Below, piece after piece: positions 1-13,795 of a DNA stretch of 64,000 nucleotides. The translations under genes were made by a program, and so were the position numbers. The notes under the pieces are model-generated. The model worked only from the letters and a program-made list of their open reading frames with translations, searched no databases and had not been told where the DNA came from. Location: assembly GCA_051294375.1 (NCBI GenBank), contig CM119263.1:5782382-5846381 (forward strand), read 5' to 3'. Positions within the stretch are counted from its first letter, which is position 1. Each line of letters starts with the position of its first letter. This stretch comes from Paraspadella gotoi (lineage: Eukaryota > Animalia > Chaetognatha).

Positions 1-59
1 CTCAATTCGAAAGAACAGGATTTCTCTCTCCCTCAGCGAATTCCTCACAGAAAATCGAA

Positions 60-180
60 AATCCCCCGGGAGGCGCCATTTTCTTTTTCTCTCCCTCCTT
101 TCGCGCCTTTTTATTGGTCGAAACGACGACAACCGGAACTCGTTTCCCGATTGGTTGAAAACGTTCGGCCAATCAGAGGA
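60..180 (-). promoter_or_regulatory. Promoter-like motif cluster
   Basis: YY1-type GCCATTTT, ETS-type CCGGAA and three CCAAT/ATTGG boxes within 120 bp. Confidence 0.35.
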
Positions 181-2291
181 CGAGAAGACGACCGAAAAAA
201 ACTCTGAAGCATCATTAAGAGAAGGAGCGAGTGGGAGAGAGGGGAAGAGGGAGAGCGAGTTGACGAAAAGAGAGAGAGAAGGAAGGAAAGAGTGAGAAAA
301 GGTTTTTGTGACGTGGTTTAGTTTAGAAAATGTTTTTAACCTTCACAACGAAAAAAATATTTTCCCTAGGATTAGGATGTTAAACAATTTACAATTTACA
401 ATTTACAATTTACTATTTTTAATCTTTAAAAAAATGAAAATCAACTTAACCTTTTATAGTACCTTAGATAGTCAATACAAAAAAATGAGCTCCAAGGTTT
501 AGTTTGTTTAGATTCACGAAACCCAAGAAACTGATTTCTCGGCTTCCAGTTCTGTGCTGCTGCTGAAGCGACTCCAGCGGCGGCAGCGGCGGCAAGAAAA
601 TCGCTGCTGCAGCGTACGGCGAATCCTGGTGAAGAAGTGAACATCGACTAGAGAGATGAGAGAAAGAGAGAGANNNNNNNNNNGAGAGAGAGAGAGTCGA
701 AGCGGGAAAAGAAAAGCCGCGAAACGAAAAAAAAAAGTGAAACTTAAGCCTCCGTTGGAATTCGAGTCCAACTAAAACGTAAAGTGATACAATTTTTCCC
801 CAAATTGTTTATGTGGTTTGTTTACATAAACAGTGACGCAATCTTCGTATATCCGATAGGAATGCGAGATGGAGAGGGAGTGGGAGAGGAAGGATAGGAG
901 AGTGAGTGCGAGACAAAATTAGAAAGAGAGAGGGAGAGAGAGTCTTTTTCTTCAAAGGAAAGCCGGGATCCAGCCGCCCAGTGCGCGTGTCACGCCACCC
1001 TCTGGGCCCCTTCTCGACCGATGCCGTGATACGCCTGCCCGCCAACGTTGCGCCCCCTTCCGAGTCTCCCAGACACGGCCAGGGGCATTCCCGCAGTGTT
1101 CCGCATCCCCTTTCCCGCTATGAAAAACAATACCTCTCGTTTGCGAGAAATAAACTCTCGAGATTGCTAACTCGATGCGTCCGGAGTTCGACTCGCCAAA
1201 AGTCCCAACCAGGGCGATTTAATTCTTTATTTCAGAGAGAGAGAGAAGAGATGAGAGAAGCGAGAGAGAGAGAGATGACGAGGAGAGAGAGGANNNNNNN
1301 NNNNNNNNNNNNNNNNNNAAGGGAGAGGAGGGAGAGGAGAGAGAGAGAGAGATCAGGTTCTTCTTTTGAAAGCAGCTAGTACGATTTTTTTTAAAAAGGT
1401 TTTCATTTTCGCTTGAATTCGGAATTCAGATTTTAAAAATAAGGGCAGTCACAAATCAATCAATCAATCAATCATTCAATCAATCAATCAATCAATCAAA
1501 TCCAATCAATCAATTCAATTCAATCAATTTCATCAATCATTCAATCAAACAATTAGAAGATTCAATCTCAGAAAATTTAATTTTGGTAAAGGATTTATTA
1601 GAAAACTCTTTTGCTTTTCCATTGTTAAGTAGGGAATAAACAAGAGTAGAAAAACAAAAATCCGCTGAAAAGCGTCGAGTGGACGATGGAAAAAAAAAAC
1701 AAAGGACGGGCGAGTCGACTGATCCTCGTGACGTCTCCTTCCGCCGCCGCCGCCGCAATTCCACCTGCGGTGTTGAGTTAACCGGGTTTCCCGAGAGGGT
1801 GAAGTTCCCTCGGCGTCAGTCAAGTCTCGGCTCAAAAACCCTGGGCGATTGTTGGACGCTTACCGCGTCGGTGGGGGGGGAGGCAGGAGGCAGGACGGGG
1901 AACGTGGGAAGGAGAGAGGGTGTGGTTGAGGTTGGGTCAGGAATGTGGTGCAGCAGTCCCAGGGCGACGGAAGGTTGACACCCTAGAATCTTCAAGGGAA
2001 AACGGAGAGGAGGACGAGAGAGAGAGATGAGAGAGAGAGAGACGAGAGAAGAGAGAGAGGAAGAGAGACGAGAGAGGGAGAACAGAGAGAAGAGATGAGA
2101 GAGAGAAAGAGAGGCTAAAAAAAGATAAGTGAAAAAAAAAGCCAGACATACAGCAGAAAGACATACAGACAGACAGAACATGAGAGACGTGACAGGACGG
2201 GAGAAAAAACGCAGAGTGAGGACACAGAAAACGTCACCCATTCAAACTAACTCTTTCTTTGAATCTCTCCCTCCAGTCTTCTCTTTTTTTA

Positions 2292-2333
<42 letters not shown>

Positions 2334-2341
2334 TTCTCTCT

Positions 2342-2385
<44 letters not shown>

Positions 2386-3999
2386 CTTTATCTGTCATCT
2401 CTCTCTCTCTCTCTATCTCTCTCTCTCCTCTCGACTTTCCCATTGTTTTCTTCTCATTTTCTTCAGGTTGCGGCACGGGGCTGCGGCCGGGCGAGCTCGG
2501 GGCGTTGGGACCGAATTCACTCCCGGAGTGAAAAGACTTTCGTTCCCAATTGGAGAAAATAGTAAAGAGTTGGGGAAAGGGAATTGGAGCCTTGGCTGTG
2601 AGGTTATTATGAAGAAATAATAAGAATAAGCAAATGTTATGGTTTTATAAAGGAAAAAGAACTATTTAAACAAATTCATTACATAATTAGATCCAAACTG
2701 ACTTTCAAAAACAATTTTAATTTTGAAACAACTGAACAATATACACACACAAAAGAATCACGTCCATTGTTCATTAAAAAGAAAGAAAAAAAGAAAAAAA
2801 AATAATTTGGCTGAGCTTCGCGCTATCGTCGAGTTTACGCCAGTGACGTTTATCGATCGAATGGGCGTGGCCCGATAGAGGGCGCGGCTCGAACTGAAAA
2901 CCAGACAAAAGACACTGAAAGGAAACGAAAGATAATGGCCGAAGAGAAAAGGGGGGCAGAGACGATGGAGGCTAACATCCAATAAACAGCTAAGGTCCCA
3001 CCCCTGATTCGCGCCTGTACGTAATGAGCCCGGCCAATCACACATAAAGGTCGGACACGGACTTGCCTGTGATCGAATAACTATGATCCCTGAGTGACAA
3101 TCTAAAAGAGGAGAGAGATGAGAGACGAGAGACTCAGACGCAGAGTGCAGAAGAGAAGTAGAGCGACATCGAAGATGGCGAGAGAGAGAGAAGCTGGAGA
3201 TGACGAGAGAGCAGAGAGAGGTGTCAAGATAATACGATATATTCCAAAAAAGTGAGGGTTTTGATGAGTCAATGAGGAAAGAAAGAGTTCGAGACAGAGG
3301 AGAAGAAGAGAGGACGTAGACAGAGGGCCTTGCTGGTCTTTCTTCTCTCTTCTCCTCAACTCTTTCTCTCGCGCCAGAATGAGTGACTACATGGTCATTA
3401 TGGAGTTCTCCGAAGGCCAAAAGCGCAAAGAGGAGCGCGTCGAGAAGAGCAGAGTAGAGAGTAAGTAGGATGAGACTGAGAGAGAGATGGAGCAGAGACA
3501 CGCACGAGAGATAGAAGAAGAAGAGATCGAGAAGAGCAGGACGTGAGATGAGAGAGGGAAAATACTTGGATAGTAAATCTACATATGCGATCAAAACATA
3601 GCATGACCGGGCTACTGAATGATGCATCCAGTCAAGTTTCTACGTCCAGAGAGAATAAGTACAGACGATCGGCATTTCAAGAGACGGAAAATGCGCGAGC
3701 GTCAGAACATAAGAAACAGGAGAGAGAGAGCCAGAGAGAGAGACTGCCATTAATGTCTTGAACGCCCAACCACGATTGCGACGGAACGTAGATGCTGCGG
3801 TCCGGCTATATTAAGGTCGGTACCTTTCAAGCTGATACTCCGCCACATGCGTCAGACCTCGCTAATTTCAGGTAATTTACCCTACATCAGATACCTGCAG
3901 ACTGGAGAAGAGACGACGCAGTCGAGCATGCAGAGAGACGCAGAGCGAACCGATGAGGAGAGGATGAGTAAGAGACGACAGCAAAGATGCAGATGAGCA

Positions 4000-4354
4000 C
4001 CAGAACAGCAGAGCACAGATGTGGAAAAGGAATATATGTGACGAAGGTCCGCATACTGTTAGGCCACAGCGGCCGGTGAATATCCGCCCTCCCGATTCGT
4101 ATACGACTATGTCTCTTATTCTACTCTCCTACCCTCTCTCTCTCTCTCTCTCTTCTCTCGTCTCTTCTACTCTCTTCTCTCTCTCTCGTCTCTCTCTCTC
4201 TCTCGTCTTCTCTCTTCTCTCTCTCTCTCTCATACATACATAACATACATACATCTCTCTCTGGCACTGTCCCAACACCGAGCGTATATACATCATCTAA
4301 ACTAATTNNNNNNNNNNNNNNNNNNNNNNNNNGAGAGAGAGAGAGAGTAGAGAG

Positions 4355-4390
<36 letters not shown>

Positions 4391-4560
4391 AGAGAAGAGA
4401 GAGAGAGAGAGAAGAAAAATGGAAAGTACACAATGGGAACAAAAACAGAAATGAACGGTGGAATGAAATGCATAATCAGTTTCTTAACGAGTCCAGAGAA
4501 AGATGTCCAGAAGAATGGCATCAAGAGAGAAAATGGAGGGAAGAAGCAAAAGAACAGGAG

Positions 4561-4622
<62 letters not shown>

Positions 4623-4950
4623 AGTAGAGAGAAGAGAGAGAGAGAGAGATGAGCACCAGAAAGCAGAGACAGAGTGAAAAGGGAATAAATGTGAGAAGGT
4701 CCGCATACTGTTAGGCCACAGACGCGGTGAATATCCGCCTCCCGATGCGTATACGACTTGCTCCTTATCTATTCTCTCTACCTCTCTCTCTCTCTCTCTC
4801 TCCTCTCCTCTGCGTCTCTTCTACTCTCTCCTCTCTCATGACTACCTCATCCCTCGTCCAGATCCCAGAGGATTCTCTTCATATCAGCTCCTCTGCGTTG
4901 GTACTCTTCTCGTCCTCGTCTCTCTCTCCTGGTCACGGTGTGCCCCAACA
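4000..4950 (+). repeat. Local noisy direct duplication (about 3990-4280 vs 4650-4950)
   Basis: gaaggtccgcatactgttaggccaca...gtgaatatccgcc occurs near 4043 and 4695. Confidence 0.8.
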
Positions 4951-5087
4951 CGAGCTTCGCAGCAGCGCAGTAGACAAATGGATTGAGATGCGAATATGAA
5001 AGACGTGAAGTCACGTGAGCGAAAGACTGCAGGGTTCAGGACGATCGACGACGAACGAACGAACGAAACGACGGAACGACCGGACTG

Positions 5088-5140
<53 letters not shown>

Positions 5141-5520
5141 ACGAGGAACGACAACGGCTCTCCTCACAATTCAAAGGCGAAACCATGAATAAGGAATTTA
5201 AAGGGAATTTTTATGATTTTGAATCTCGAACTGAGAAAATTTGCACATTAAAGGTTTTTGAAGCTGAAATCTTAATGTGACTGAAAAGAGGAAGAAGAGG
5301 AGAAGAGAGGCTTTTTTTTTTAGTCGGAGGCTGAGAAAAGGGACGTCTCGCTCTCTGTCTGTTTTGTTTCTTTTTTGTTTTTTTTTTNNNNNNNNNNNNN
5401 NNNNNNNNNNNNCTTTTTTATTTAATTATTTCTCTTAGCCTCTTTCTTCTTTCTCTTTTTTTTTATATTTCTCTCGCTGAGTTTGACTCTTCCCATTTTG
5501 CGTCACGAGATGAGTTAAGA

Positions 5521-5599
<79 letters not shown>

Positions 5600-5600
<1 letters not shown>

Positions 5601-6268
5601 AGAGAGAAGAGAGAGAGATCAGGTTTCTTGAAAAAGGCAGCTACGTCGATTTTTTTTTTTTAAAAAGGGTTTTCATTTTCCTTGAATTCGGAATTCAGAT
5701 TTTAAAAAAAGGGAGGTCAATCAATCAATCAATCAATCAATCAATTCAATCAATCAATCAATCAATCAAATCCAATCAATCAATTCAATTCAATCAATTT
5801 CAATCAAATCAATTCAATCAAACAATAGAAGATTCAATCTCAGGAAATTTAATTTTGCGTAAAGATTTATAAAACTTTGTTTTCCATTGTTAAGTAGGAA
5901 TAAACTAAGAGTAGAAAACAAAAAATCGCTGAAAAGGTGAGTGACGATTGAAAAAAAAACAAAGACAGGGCGAGTCAACTGATCCTCGTGCACCGTCTCC
6001 TCCGCGCCGCCGCCGCAATTCCCCTCGCGGGTTGAGTTAACCGGCGTTTCCCGAGAGGGTGAGTTCCCTCGGGTCAGTTCAAGTTCCGGCTCAAAAAACC
6101 CTTGGGCGATTGTTGGACGGTTACCGCGCCGGTGGAGGGGGGGGCAGGAGGCAGATGACGGGGAAGGGAAGAGCAGAGGGGTGTGTTGAGGTTGGGTCAG
6201 AATGGTGGTGCAGAGTCCCAGGGCGACGTGAAGGTTGACCACCCTAGAATCTTCAAGGGAAAACGGAG

Positions 6269-6321
<53 letters not shown>

Positions 6322-6580
6322 AAGAGAGAGAGAGAGGGAGAAAGAGAGACAGAGATTGAGAGAGAGAAAAGAGTAGGCTAAAAAAGAGATAAGTTGAAAA
6401 AAAAAGCCAGACATACATGCAGAAAGACATACAGACAAGACAGAAAGAGAGTACGGGACAGACGGGAGGAAAAAACGAGTGAGGACACAGAAACCGTCAC
6501 CCATCAAACTAACTCTTCTTTGATCTCTCCCTTCAGTCTCTCTTTGTTTTACTCTCATACTCTCTCTCTCTCTCTCTCTT

Positions 6581-6642
<62 letters not shown>

Positions 6643-7007
6643 AATCTGTCATCTCTCTCTCTCTCTCTATCTCTCTCTCTCCTCTCGACTTTCCCATTGT
6701 TTTCTTCTCATTTTCTCGCGGCTGGATCCCGGCTCCTTTGAAGAAAAAAAACTCTCTCTTCCCTCTCTCTTTCTTTAATTTGTTCTCGGCACTTCACTCC
6801 CTATCCTTTCCTCTTCCCACTCCCTCTCCATCTCGCATTCCTATCGGATATTATACGAAGATTGCGTCACTGTTTATGAAACAAACCACATAAACAATTT
6901 GGCGAAAATTGTATCACTTTACGGTTTAGTTGGACTCGAATTCCAACGGAGGCTTTTATAAGGTTTCACTTTTTTTTTCGTTTCGCGGCTTTTCTTTCCC
7001 CCTTCGA

Positions 7008-7099
<92 letters not shown>

Positions 7100-7345
7100 A
7101 CTAGTTCTTCGATTGTTTCACATTCTTCACCAGGATTCGCTCCCGTACGCTGGCAGCCATGCGATTTTCTTGCCGCCCGCTCGCCGCTGGAGTCGCTTCA
7201 GAGCCAGCACAGAACTGGAAGCCGAGAAAATCGGGTTTCTTGGGTTTCGGAATCTAAACAAACTAAACCTGGAGTCTAATTTTTTGTATTGGACTTATCA
7301 AGGCTACTATTTAAAAAGGTTAAGTTTGATTTTCAGTTTTTTAAA
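5600..7345. repeat. Composite duplication: direct copy of about 1340-2460 joined to an inverted copy of about 420-980
   Basis: 5615-6716 repeats 1348-2460; 6717-7345 is the reverse complement of 980-420; junction at ttctcattttt|ctcgcggctggatcccgg. Confidence 0.88.
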
Positions 7346-8046
7346 GCATTAAAAAAAAAATAATGTGAATAATCCTTAGAGAGAGAGAGAGACAAACCGC
7401 TATCACCATGGCGACAGTGACAAACAACAGCTCGAGTGATGCGCGAACAGCTGACACGAATGACGACGACAACGACGACGACGACGACGACGATTGAGAT
7501 AATAACCAGAGCAACAATAACAGGGAAGAGACGACGAAATGTGGGGCAACGCGGATCCTGGGAAACAAACAAAAGAGACGTTGTTGTCGTTGTTGTTGTT
7601 GTTGTCGCTCCGCCCAATACTGGGTGAACCTGATCTTTGATTGAAAAAAAAACTAAAAAAAAAAATTAAAAATGACAAAAAAAGATTTACTGGAAATAAA
7701 AACGTCAAAACGAATTTCGAGTGATTTTCACATCCGATGTGAAAAAGTCTTTTCCTTCGATTCTCACGCGAAGAAAAAACTGGGAAGATTCTTTAAAAGT
7801 TAAGATTTTTGGTGAAAAAAAACTTTTATAAATGACGAAAAAATTATTTATTTAAATAAAACATATTTCGAACGATTATGAAAGAATGCGTTTAATATTT
7901 TTTTAAAAAACAGATGATGCCAGTTATTTTGTTATAAATATTTTCAAATAAACCGTTTTTTAACTGACATTATTCGCTACCAACAGTTGTTTTGTTGGCT
8001 AAATGATTTCGCTACCAACAGTTGTTTTGTGTTTCGTGAAACTCAC

Positions 8047-8102
8047 CTGTTTTGTCATTGAATCAATGAGTCGAACGTAGATGTCTTGTTCTTTTCTCAC
8101 GC
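8047..8102 (-). CDS. coe: COE/EBF coding exon 4
   Basis: 56-nt exon between TTTTCAG and GTGAGT encoding (G)VRKEQDIYVRLIDSMTKQ; phase 1 in, phase 0 out. Confidence 0.96.
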
Positions 8103-8320
8103 CTGAAAAGAAGACAAGGAAAAAGCGTCGGTAATGGTAAACTGTCTCTCTCTCTCTCTCTCTAGGAGAAAGAGGACTTAGAGAGAGAAACTAGAGAGGG
8201 AGAGAGATGAGAGAAAAGAGGAAAGAGAGACGAGATCCAATGCTTGCCTTTACCGCGAGAGAGACGATGGGAGACAGTTTACCATTACCGACGCATTTTT
8301 CTTGTCTATTTCTTTTCCAG

Positions 8321-8385
8321 CGCGTGGAGAAAGACAAGATCTCGTTTGACACCTCATTGATTCATGACAAACAGGCGTGAAGTTT
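8321..8385 (+). pseudogene. Corrupted inverted copy of COE exon 4 inside a fold-back duplication
   Basis: cgcgtggagaaagacaagatctcgtttgacacctcattgattcatgacaaacagg is the reverse complement of exon 4 with many indels; probably an artefact. Confidence 0.6.
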
Positions 8386-9813
8386 CACGCAAACCAACAA
8401 AACACAACTAGGTTTGGCTAGTCGATTCAGTTAAGCACAAAAAGCACTTAATTGGAATAGCGTATGTCAGTTAAAAACGGTTTATTTGACAAGTATTATA
8501 AATAATATAAACAAATAAGTGGCGTCTATCTGTTTTTTAAAATATATTTAAACGCTTTATTCATACTCGTTATCTTGAAATATGTTTTTTAATAAACATA
8601 ATTTTTTCGATCTTTTATAAAAAGTTAATCTTTCTCACACAAAAAATATCTTTATTTTATTTAAATATTCTTGCCCAGCAGTTTTTCTTCGCGTGAAGAG
8701 CATAACCGAAGAGAAAGAACTATTAATATCCAATCGGATTTTGGTTGAAATCCCCCACTTCCGAAATTTCGTTTTTGGACGTTTTTTATTTACAGTAAAA
8801 TCTTTATTATTTTGTGCATTTTTAAGGCTTTTTTTTTTTGTTTTTTTTTCATTCCAAGTCCGTAACCGAATAATAAAAATTGGGCGGGGCGCACAAAACC
8901 CCACCCCACCCCAACGACAAGCAAAGGTTTTTTTTGTTTGTTTCCAGGGTCCGGTTGACCACATATCGTTTTGGTTCTTCCCCTGTTCATTGTTGCTCTT
9001 GGGTCTTTATCTTCATGTCGTCTCGTGCGTCTTATCGTACTATGTCGGTAGCTTTCGCGCAATCACTGAGCTGTTGTTTGTCCTGCGCCTCCGGTGGGGG
9101 TGATGACGGTGATAATTACTTCTCTTTCTCTTCTCTCGTTTCCTATTTCTTCTCTCTTTCTCTCCTCTCTCACCCTCTTATCTTTCTCTTCTCTCTCTCT
9201 AATTGTTCTCTGAGGAAGAAAATGGGAAGAGTCAACCCTCAAAACGCTGGGAGGAATAAAGAAAGATATCATATAAAACAGAAACAACCCCCAGAGGGCG
9301 GCGTCCTTTTCCGTCCCGCTAAAAAAGCCTTTGGGTTTATTCTTTTTTTTCAAACGGTCACTTGGTTAGTTTCAGGCTTTCAAAACCCTTTAATGTGCAA
9401 AATTTTTCTCACGTTCGAGATTCAAATCATATTCCTTTATTCTTTTGGTTTTCGCCTCTTGATGTCGTGTGAGGAGGGTTTTGGTTCGTTCCCCCTCGTT
9501 TCGTCGTCTGGTCGTCGTCGTCGTCGTCGTCGGTCGTCGTCGTCTTGTCGTGTTCCGTGCGTCGTCNNNNNNNNNNNNNNNNNNNNNNNNNCTCTCTCTC
9601 CTCCGGGGTGATTTGAGGGGCAGACCATGAAATCAGTCCCTCGTCGACTCAAACCGTCAGCAGTGACTTTTTTTGGTGAATGTCACATTCTCATTTTTCT
9701 TTCACTTTTTCTTTCTTTCTTTTTTTTTCTTTCTTTCTTCTTTGACGTGGAAAGTGAGACGAATGCTAACCGAAAACCATTTGGGACAGAAGAGGTTTTT
9801 CGTCGTCCTAACT

Positions 9814-9849
<36 letters not shown>

Positions 9850-10104
9850 TTTTTTCTCGTCTGAGATTTTTTTTTCATTTTTACTTTTAGATTTTTTCAT
9901 TTAAAGTTTTTTTTGTTTCATTTTTTGATTTAAAAAAAATTAACAATTTTTATTTAGCAGTTGTTAACATGAATTAATTTAATAATTTAGGTCCCTCTTT
10001 AAAACGTTTTTAGATGATCGAAAGGAATTCCAACCCTCCGTTCGCTTTGACCCTTGACCCTGAGTTATCTCTCTTCCATCTCCCCTTACATTTAAACACT
10101 CCAC

Positions 10105-10235
10105 CAATCCCCACTAGTCCCCACCGTTCCTCACAAGTCTCCTCTGTTCCCTCAGTCCCCACCAGTCCTCACTAGTCCTCACTAGTCCCTACCAGTCACG
10201 ACCCGTCCCCACCAGTCCCCACCAGTCCCCACAAC
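10105..10235. repeat. 10-bp minisatellite
   Basis: Repeated ccccaccagt / cctcactagt. Confidence 0.8.
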
Positions 10236-10613
10236 TCTTTAACCGGTTTATTTCTCATTCTTTACGTTTAACAAAAAAGTAAATTTTTTTTTTTAATTTT
10301 CTTTATTTTCTTTTCTTTTTTATTTTCCTTATTTTCTTTCTTCTCTTTCTTTTCTCTCTTTTCTTTCTCTTTTCTTTATTTCTTTCTTTTCTACTATTAT
10401 TTCTTACTTCTATTTTTTTCTTTCTTTTCTTTCTATATATAATTTTTTTCGCCCTCCTTTATTTTTCCCTCTTTCTCCCTTTTTTCATTATTCTTTCTAT
10501 TTTATTATTATTTTTTTTCATTATTTTTTTCCTCAGCGGTCGAATCGCCTCAGAAGCCACAAATCATTAAGACGCTTGAGACAAAAAAAGGAAAAAAAGG
10601 GACATTTTTCACG

Positions 10614-10667
<54 letters not shown>

Positions 10668-11869
10668 GAGAGGGAAAGAGAGACCTACCAAACTAAGCTT
10701 AAATTCTAATATAACATCAAGTAATACCTTTGTTTCATTTTCTCTCTTTTACAATTTAATCATTAAAATTTGTAAAATTGTTGATAAAGTTTCAAAACTT
10801 TCATCGCATTCCCAAAAAATGAATATGATTCCGTAATTTGCAAATTTGGAGTCAAATCGTGATTCGCTTAAAAACTTGGGCCTCCGTCTCTAGGGAGAAG
10901 CGAGAGCGAGAGAGAGCGACAGAGAGAGAGAGAAAGAACGAGCGAAAGAGAGAGAGAGAGAAATCCTGATTCTCAACTCTCGAGGGAATAGCGACCAGTG
11001 AGGCCTCAGAGGAGGAGGAGGAGGGGAGGAGGAGGAGGAGGAGGAGAAAAAAGTCGGAGGCACCAGAAAAACGCGAGAAAAGAATTGAGTTCGAATTAGG
11101 AATTTCTTTCCTTTTTTGGAGGAAAGAATCTCCCTTTTTAACAATGGAATATTTACTTTAAATGTGGAATTTTTAAAATCAAAATTATGAGAAACCATTA
11201 AATTCTCATTAACTAATTAAATACGCTTCTAAATTTTATGAACATTGAAAATAAAACCTACAAATTAAGAATTTGTATAAAAAATAAAATCATTACAAAT
11301 TTTTACAATTATTACGAAACCAAACTATAACAACAAAATTTTGCTTTAAAAAAAATAAAATTTTCAAGATGACTACTGAACTTTTCTCACGCGACCTGAC
11401 CGTGACACATTCCCCGTCTCTCTCTCTCTCTNNNNNNNNNNNNNNNNNNNNNNNNNCACTCTCCTCCTCGTCCTCTCCTCAGTCTTTCTTCTTCGGCTCT
11501 CTCTGCCGATCCTCTCGTCTCGAGTCTCGTCTCGTCTTCTCTCCTCGTCACTTTGTCGCTCACTGTCGGGGAGAACTGAGTCTTCTTGCAAGCGATTCCC
11601 ATGCAATGTCGCCCTCCCAAGGTTTTGATGAAATCGGTTGCTTCTCTATCGTTTCTTTTCCCTTTTTCTTTTTACCAATTCTTTCATTGTTTCCATTTTA
11701 CTCTCCTCCTGCTCATCTCTCGTCTCATCTGCCAGTCTCTCTCAGTCTCTCTTTCTCTCGTCGTCTGTCTCATCTCATCTCTCTCTCGTCTCGTCGTCTC
11801 CGTCTCTCGTCTCTCTCGTCTCATCTGATCTCTTCATCTCTCTCATCCCTCGCTCATTTCTCGTCGTTT

Positions 11870-12580
11870 CGTCTCTTTCCGTTCTTAAATACTTCATATT
11901 ATCAACTTTTTTTCAAAAGCCACACAATATAACCAAGTAAGACAATAGTATTTGACTTTGACAAATGTTTTCAGTTCACAAACCGGGGGTAATTATGCAG
12001 TTTTTTCCTCACATGAAAAAAAGCGAGAAATAAGACTCCAAGACATAAAAAAAGATGAAATCGTGGAAAATTGGAAGCAAAAAGAGAGAGGATGTGGGTG
12101 CCGTCTGAACAGCTTAAAAAGACTACTGATACGTGCCTCCTTTTTACCGCGTCCTTTTTTCCCTTTTTTTTAGTTTATTTTTCTTATTTCTTCCTTTTTT
12201 TTTTATTTTCTTTCGCCTCCTTCCTTTCTTTTCTTCTTTTTTTCTAAAAAAACGCCCTCGTCTTCCTGTCTTTTTTTTTTATTTCTTCTAAGACTATCCT
12301 TCTTAAATACTTCATTTATCAATTTTTTTAAAGCCACACAATAAACCAAGTAAACAATGTTTTATTTGACAATGTTTCAGTTCAACGGTATTCATTTTTT
12401 TCTCCATGAAAAAAGCGAGAAAAAACTCAAGACATAAAAAGAAATCGAAATTGGAAGCAAAGGACTGGGTGCCTCCTTTTTACCTCCTTTTTTCCCTTTT
12501 TTTTTAGTTTCATTTTTCTTATTTTTCTTATTTTTTTATTTTCTTTCCTCCTTCATTCTTTTTTTTCTTCTAACCGCCTC
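11870..12580 (+). repeat. Local tandem duplication (noisy copy followed by cleaner copy)
   Basis: ttcttaaatacttcat...aaagccacacaata...catgaaaaaagcgaga...ttggaagcaaa occurs near 11882 and 12300. Confidence 0.8.
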
Positions 12581-12706
12581 CTTCGCTTTTCTAAACTCAG
12601 TCACTTCTCAAGTCCTTTCCATTCGCGGTTCTTGGCTGAATGCGACACACTTATGATCACCCTGTACTTGAGTTTGCGCTACACGGCAATCGAAGAGAGG
12701 ACTCAC

Positions 12707-12770
12707 CGTTGGCGAAAAGCAGCTGAAGTCGATAGTGGACGCCGTTGTTGGTTTTCGTCCCGTCGTTTTC
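12707..12770 (-). CDS. coe: COE/EBF coding exon 3
   Basis: 64-nt exon between CAG and GTGAGT encoding ENDGTKTNNGVHYRLQLLFAN(G); phases fit both neighbours. Confidence 0.96.
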
Positions 12771-13632
12771 CTGATGCGATGATAATGTTAATGATAATAT
12801 AAATGATAATGTTAATGATAATATAAATGATAATGTTAATGATTATAAAAAAAAATAATGAGATAAAACCGGGATTATATTCAAGGTAGGAAAACTAGAT
12901 TTAACTATCGCGAAAAGTGGTAAAGGGAAAACATGCCTTTGTGTGGTTACAGTATGGGAGGGTTGTAAGTAATATGGATCGGGAGACACATCGTAAGTTT
13001 ATAAATTTAAACATTTAATGCAAATACGCAAGCTTGCTGATATCAAGCAATAGTCAAAGTATTATGATTAACCTATAAATAATATTATTTTTGCAGCATT
13101 CGTGATTAAAGGGAAAAGGCGGGAAAATATCATTCGAAGTGGAAAAGTACTATCTCGCTTTAAAATATAAAGAATTTTTATTTTTGCGTTTTACAGAAAC
13201 TGAAGCTTAAAAACATTGAATTTGAATTTAACTTTAAAACCTAAAACTGTCACTTTTTTATGCTGAGTGTTTTAAAAAATCACGAACTCAGGAGATCGAA
13301 TTATTATTAAAGCGTGACCTTACTTTACAGGGTTTTTTAAAACGTATATCTTAAATAGTTAAAAATCTCAAAACGAATGTAAGACAAAATTATTAGATTA
13401 TCAAATTATTTTAATAATTCAGTCTAAGGTTTTTGAATAAACTTATAAAGAGTTTTTACAACCCTTAAGATTTAAAAATAATTATTCTTTTAATTTTATT
13501 TATTAATATTCAGTGCAGTTGGGATCATGGAGCGTGACGTCGTGCAGGGATAAATATAGATACCTCCTTGACGGAAGTCGTTTTGTCCAAGCATGCGGAG
13601 GAGGAGGAAGAAGAGGAGGAGGAAGGGGCTAC

Positions 13633-13795
13633 CTTGTCTTTCTCCACAAAATCGATGAACGCCGTTCGTTCCACTTCGACCGGTTGACCCTGTAGATCGT
13701 ACAGGGCGACCACAAAGTGGAAGAAGTTGGATTTGCGGAGATTCGACGGTGGCTGCTTTTCGAAATGGGATCTGGAAGAGGCGCAGACTGGTTGA
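13633..13795 (-). CDS. coe: COE/EBF coding exon 2 (start of DNA-binding domain)
   Basis: Encodes [46 protein letters not shown], the COE signature; donor GTAG; phase-2 acceptor at 13795, with an alternative in-frame acceptor at 13771. Confidence 0.95.

Larger units (their letters stand above)
7400..9110. repeat. Inverted duplication around an AG-rich spacer (centre about 8200)
   Basis: gtaatggtaaactgtctc (8131) mirrored by gagacagtttaccattac (8272); mirror continues to acaacagctcgagtgat / atcactgagctgttgt; right arm much noisier. Confidence 0.88.

Noticed and set aside
62-71. COE binding site TCCCCCGGGA suggesting autoregulation
   Set aside because: A single site with 8 informative bases is expected by chance in a window of this size
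2990-3100. Possible corrupted COE exon 5
   Set aside because: Only vague resemblance in low-quality sequence; no readable YEGQDKNPEMC motif
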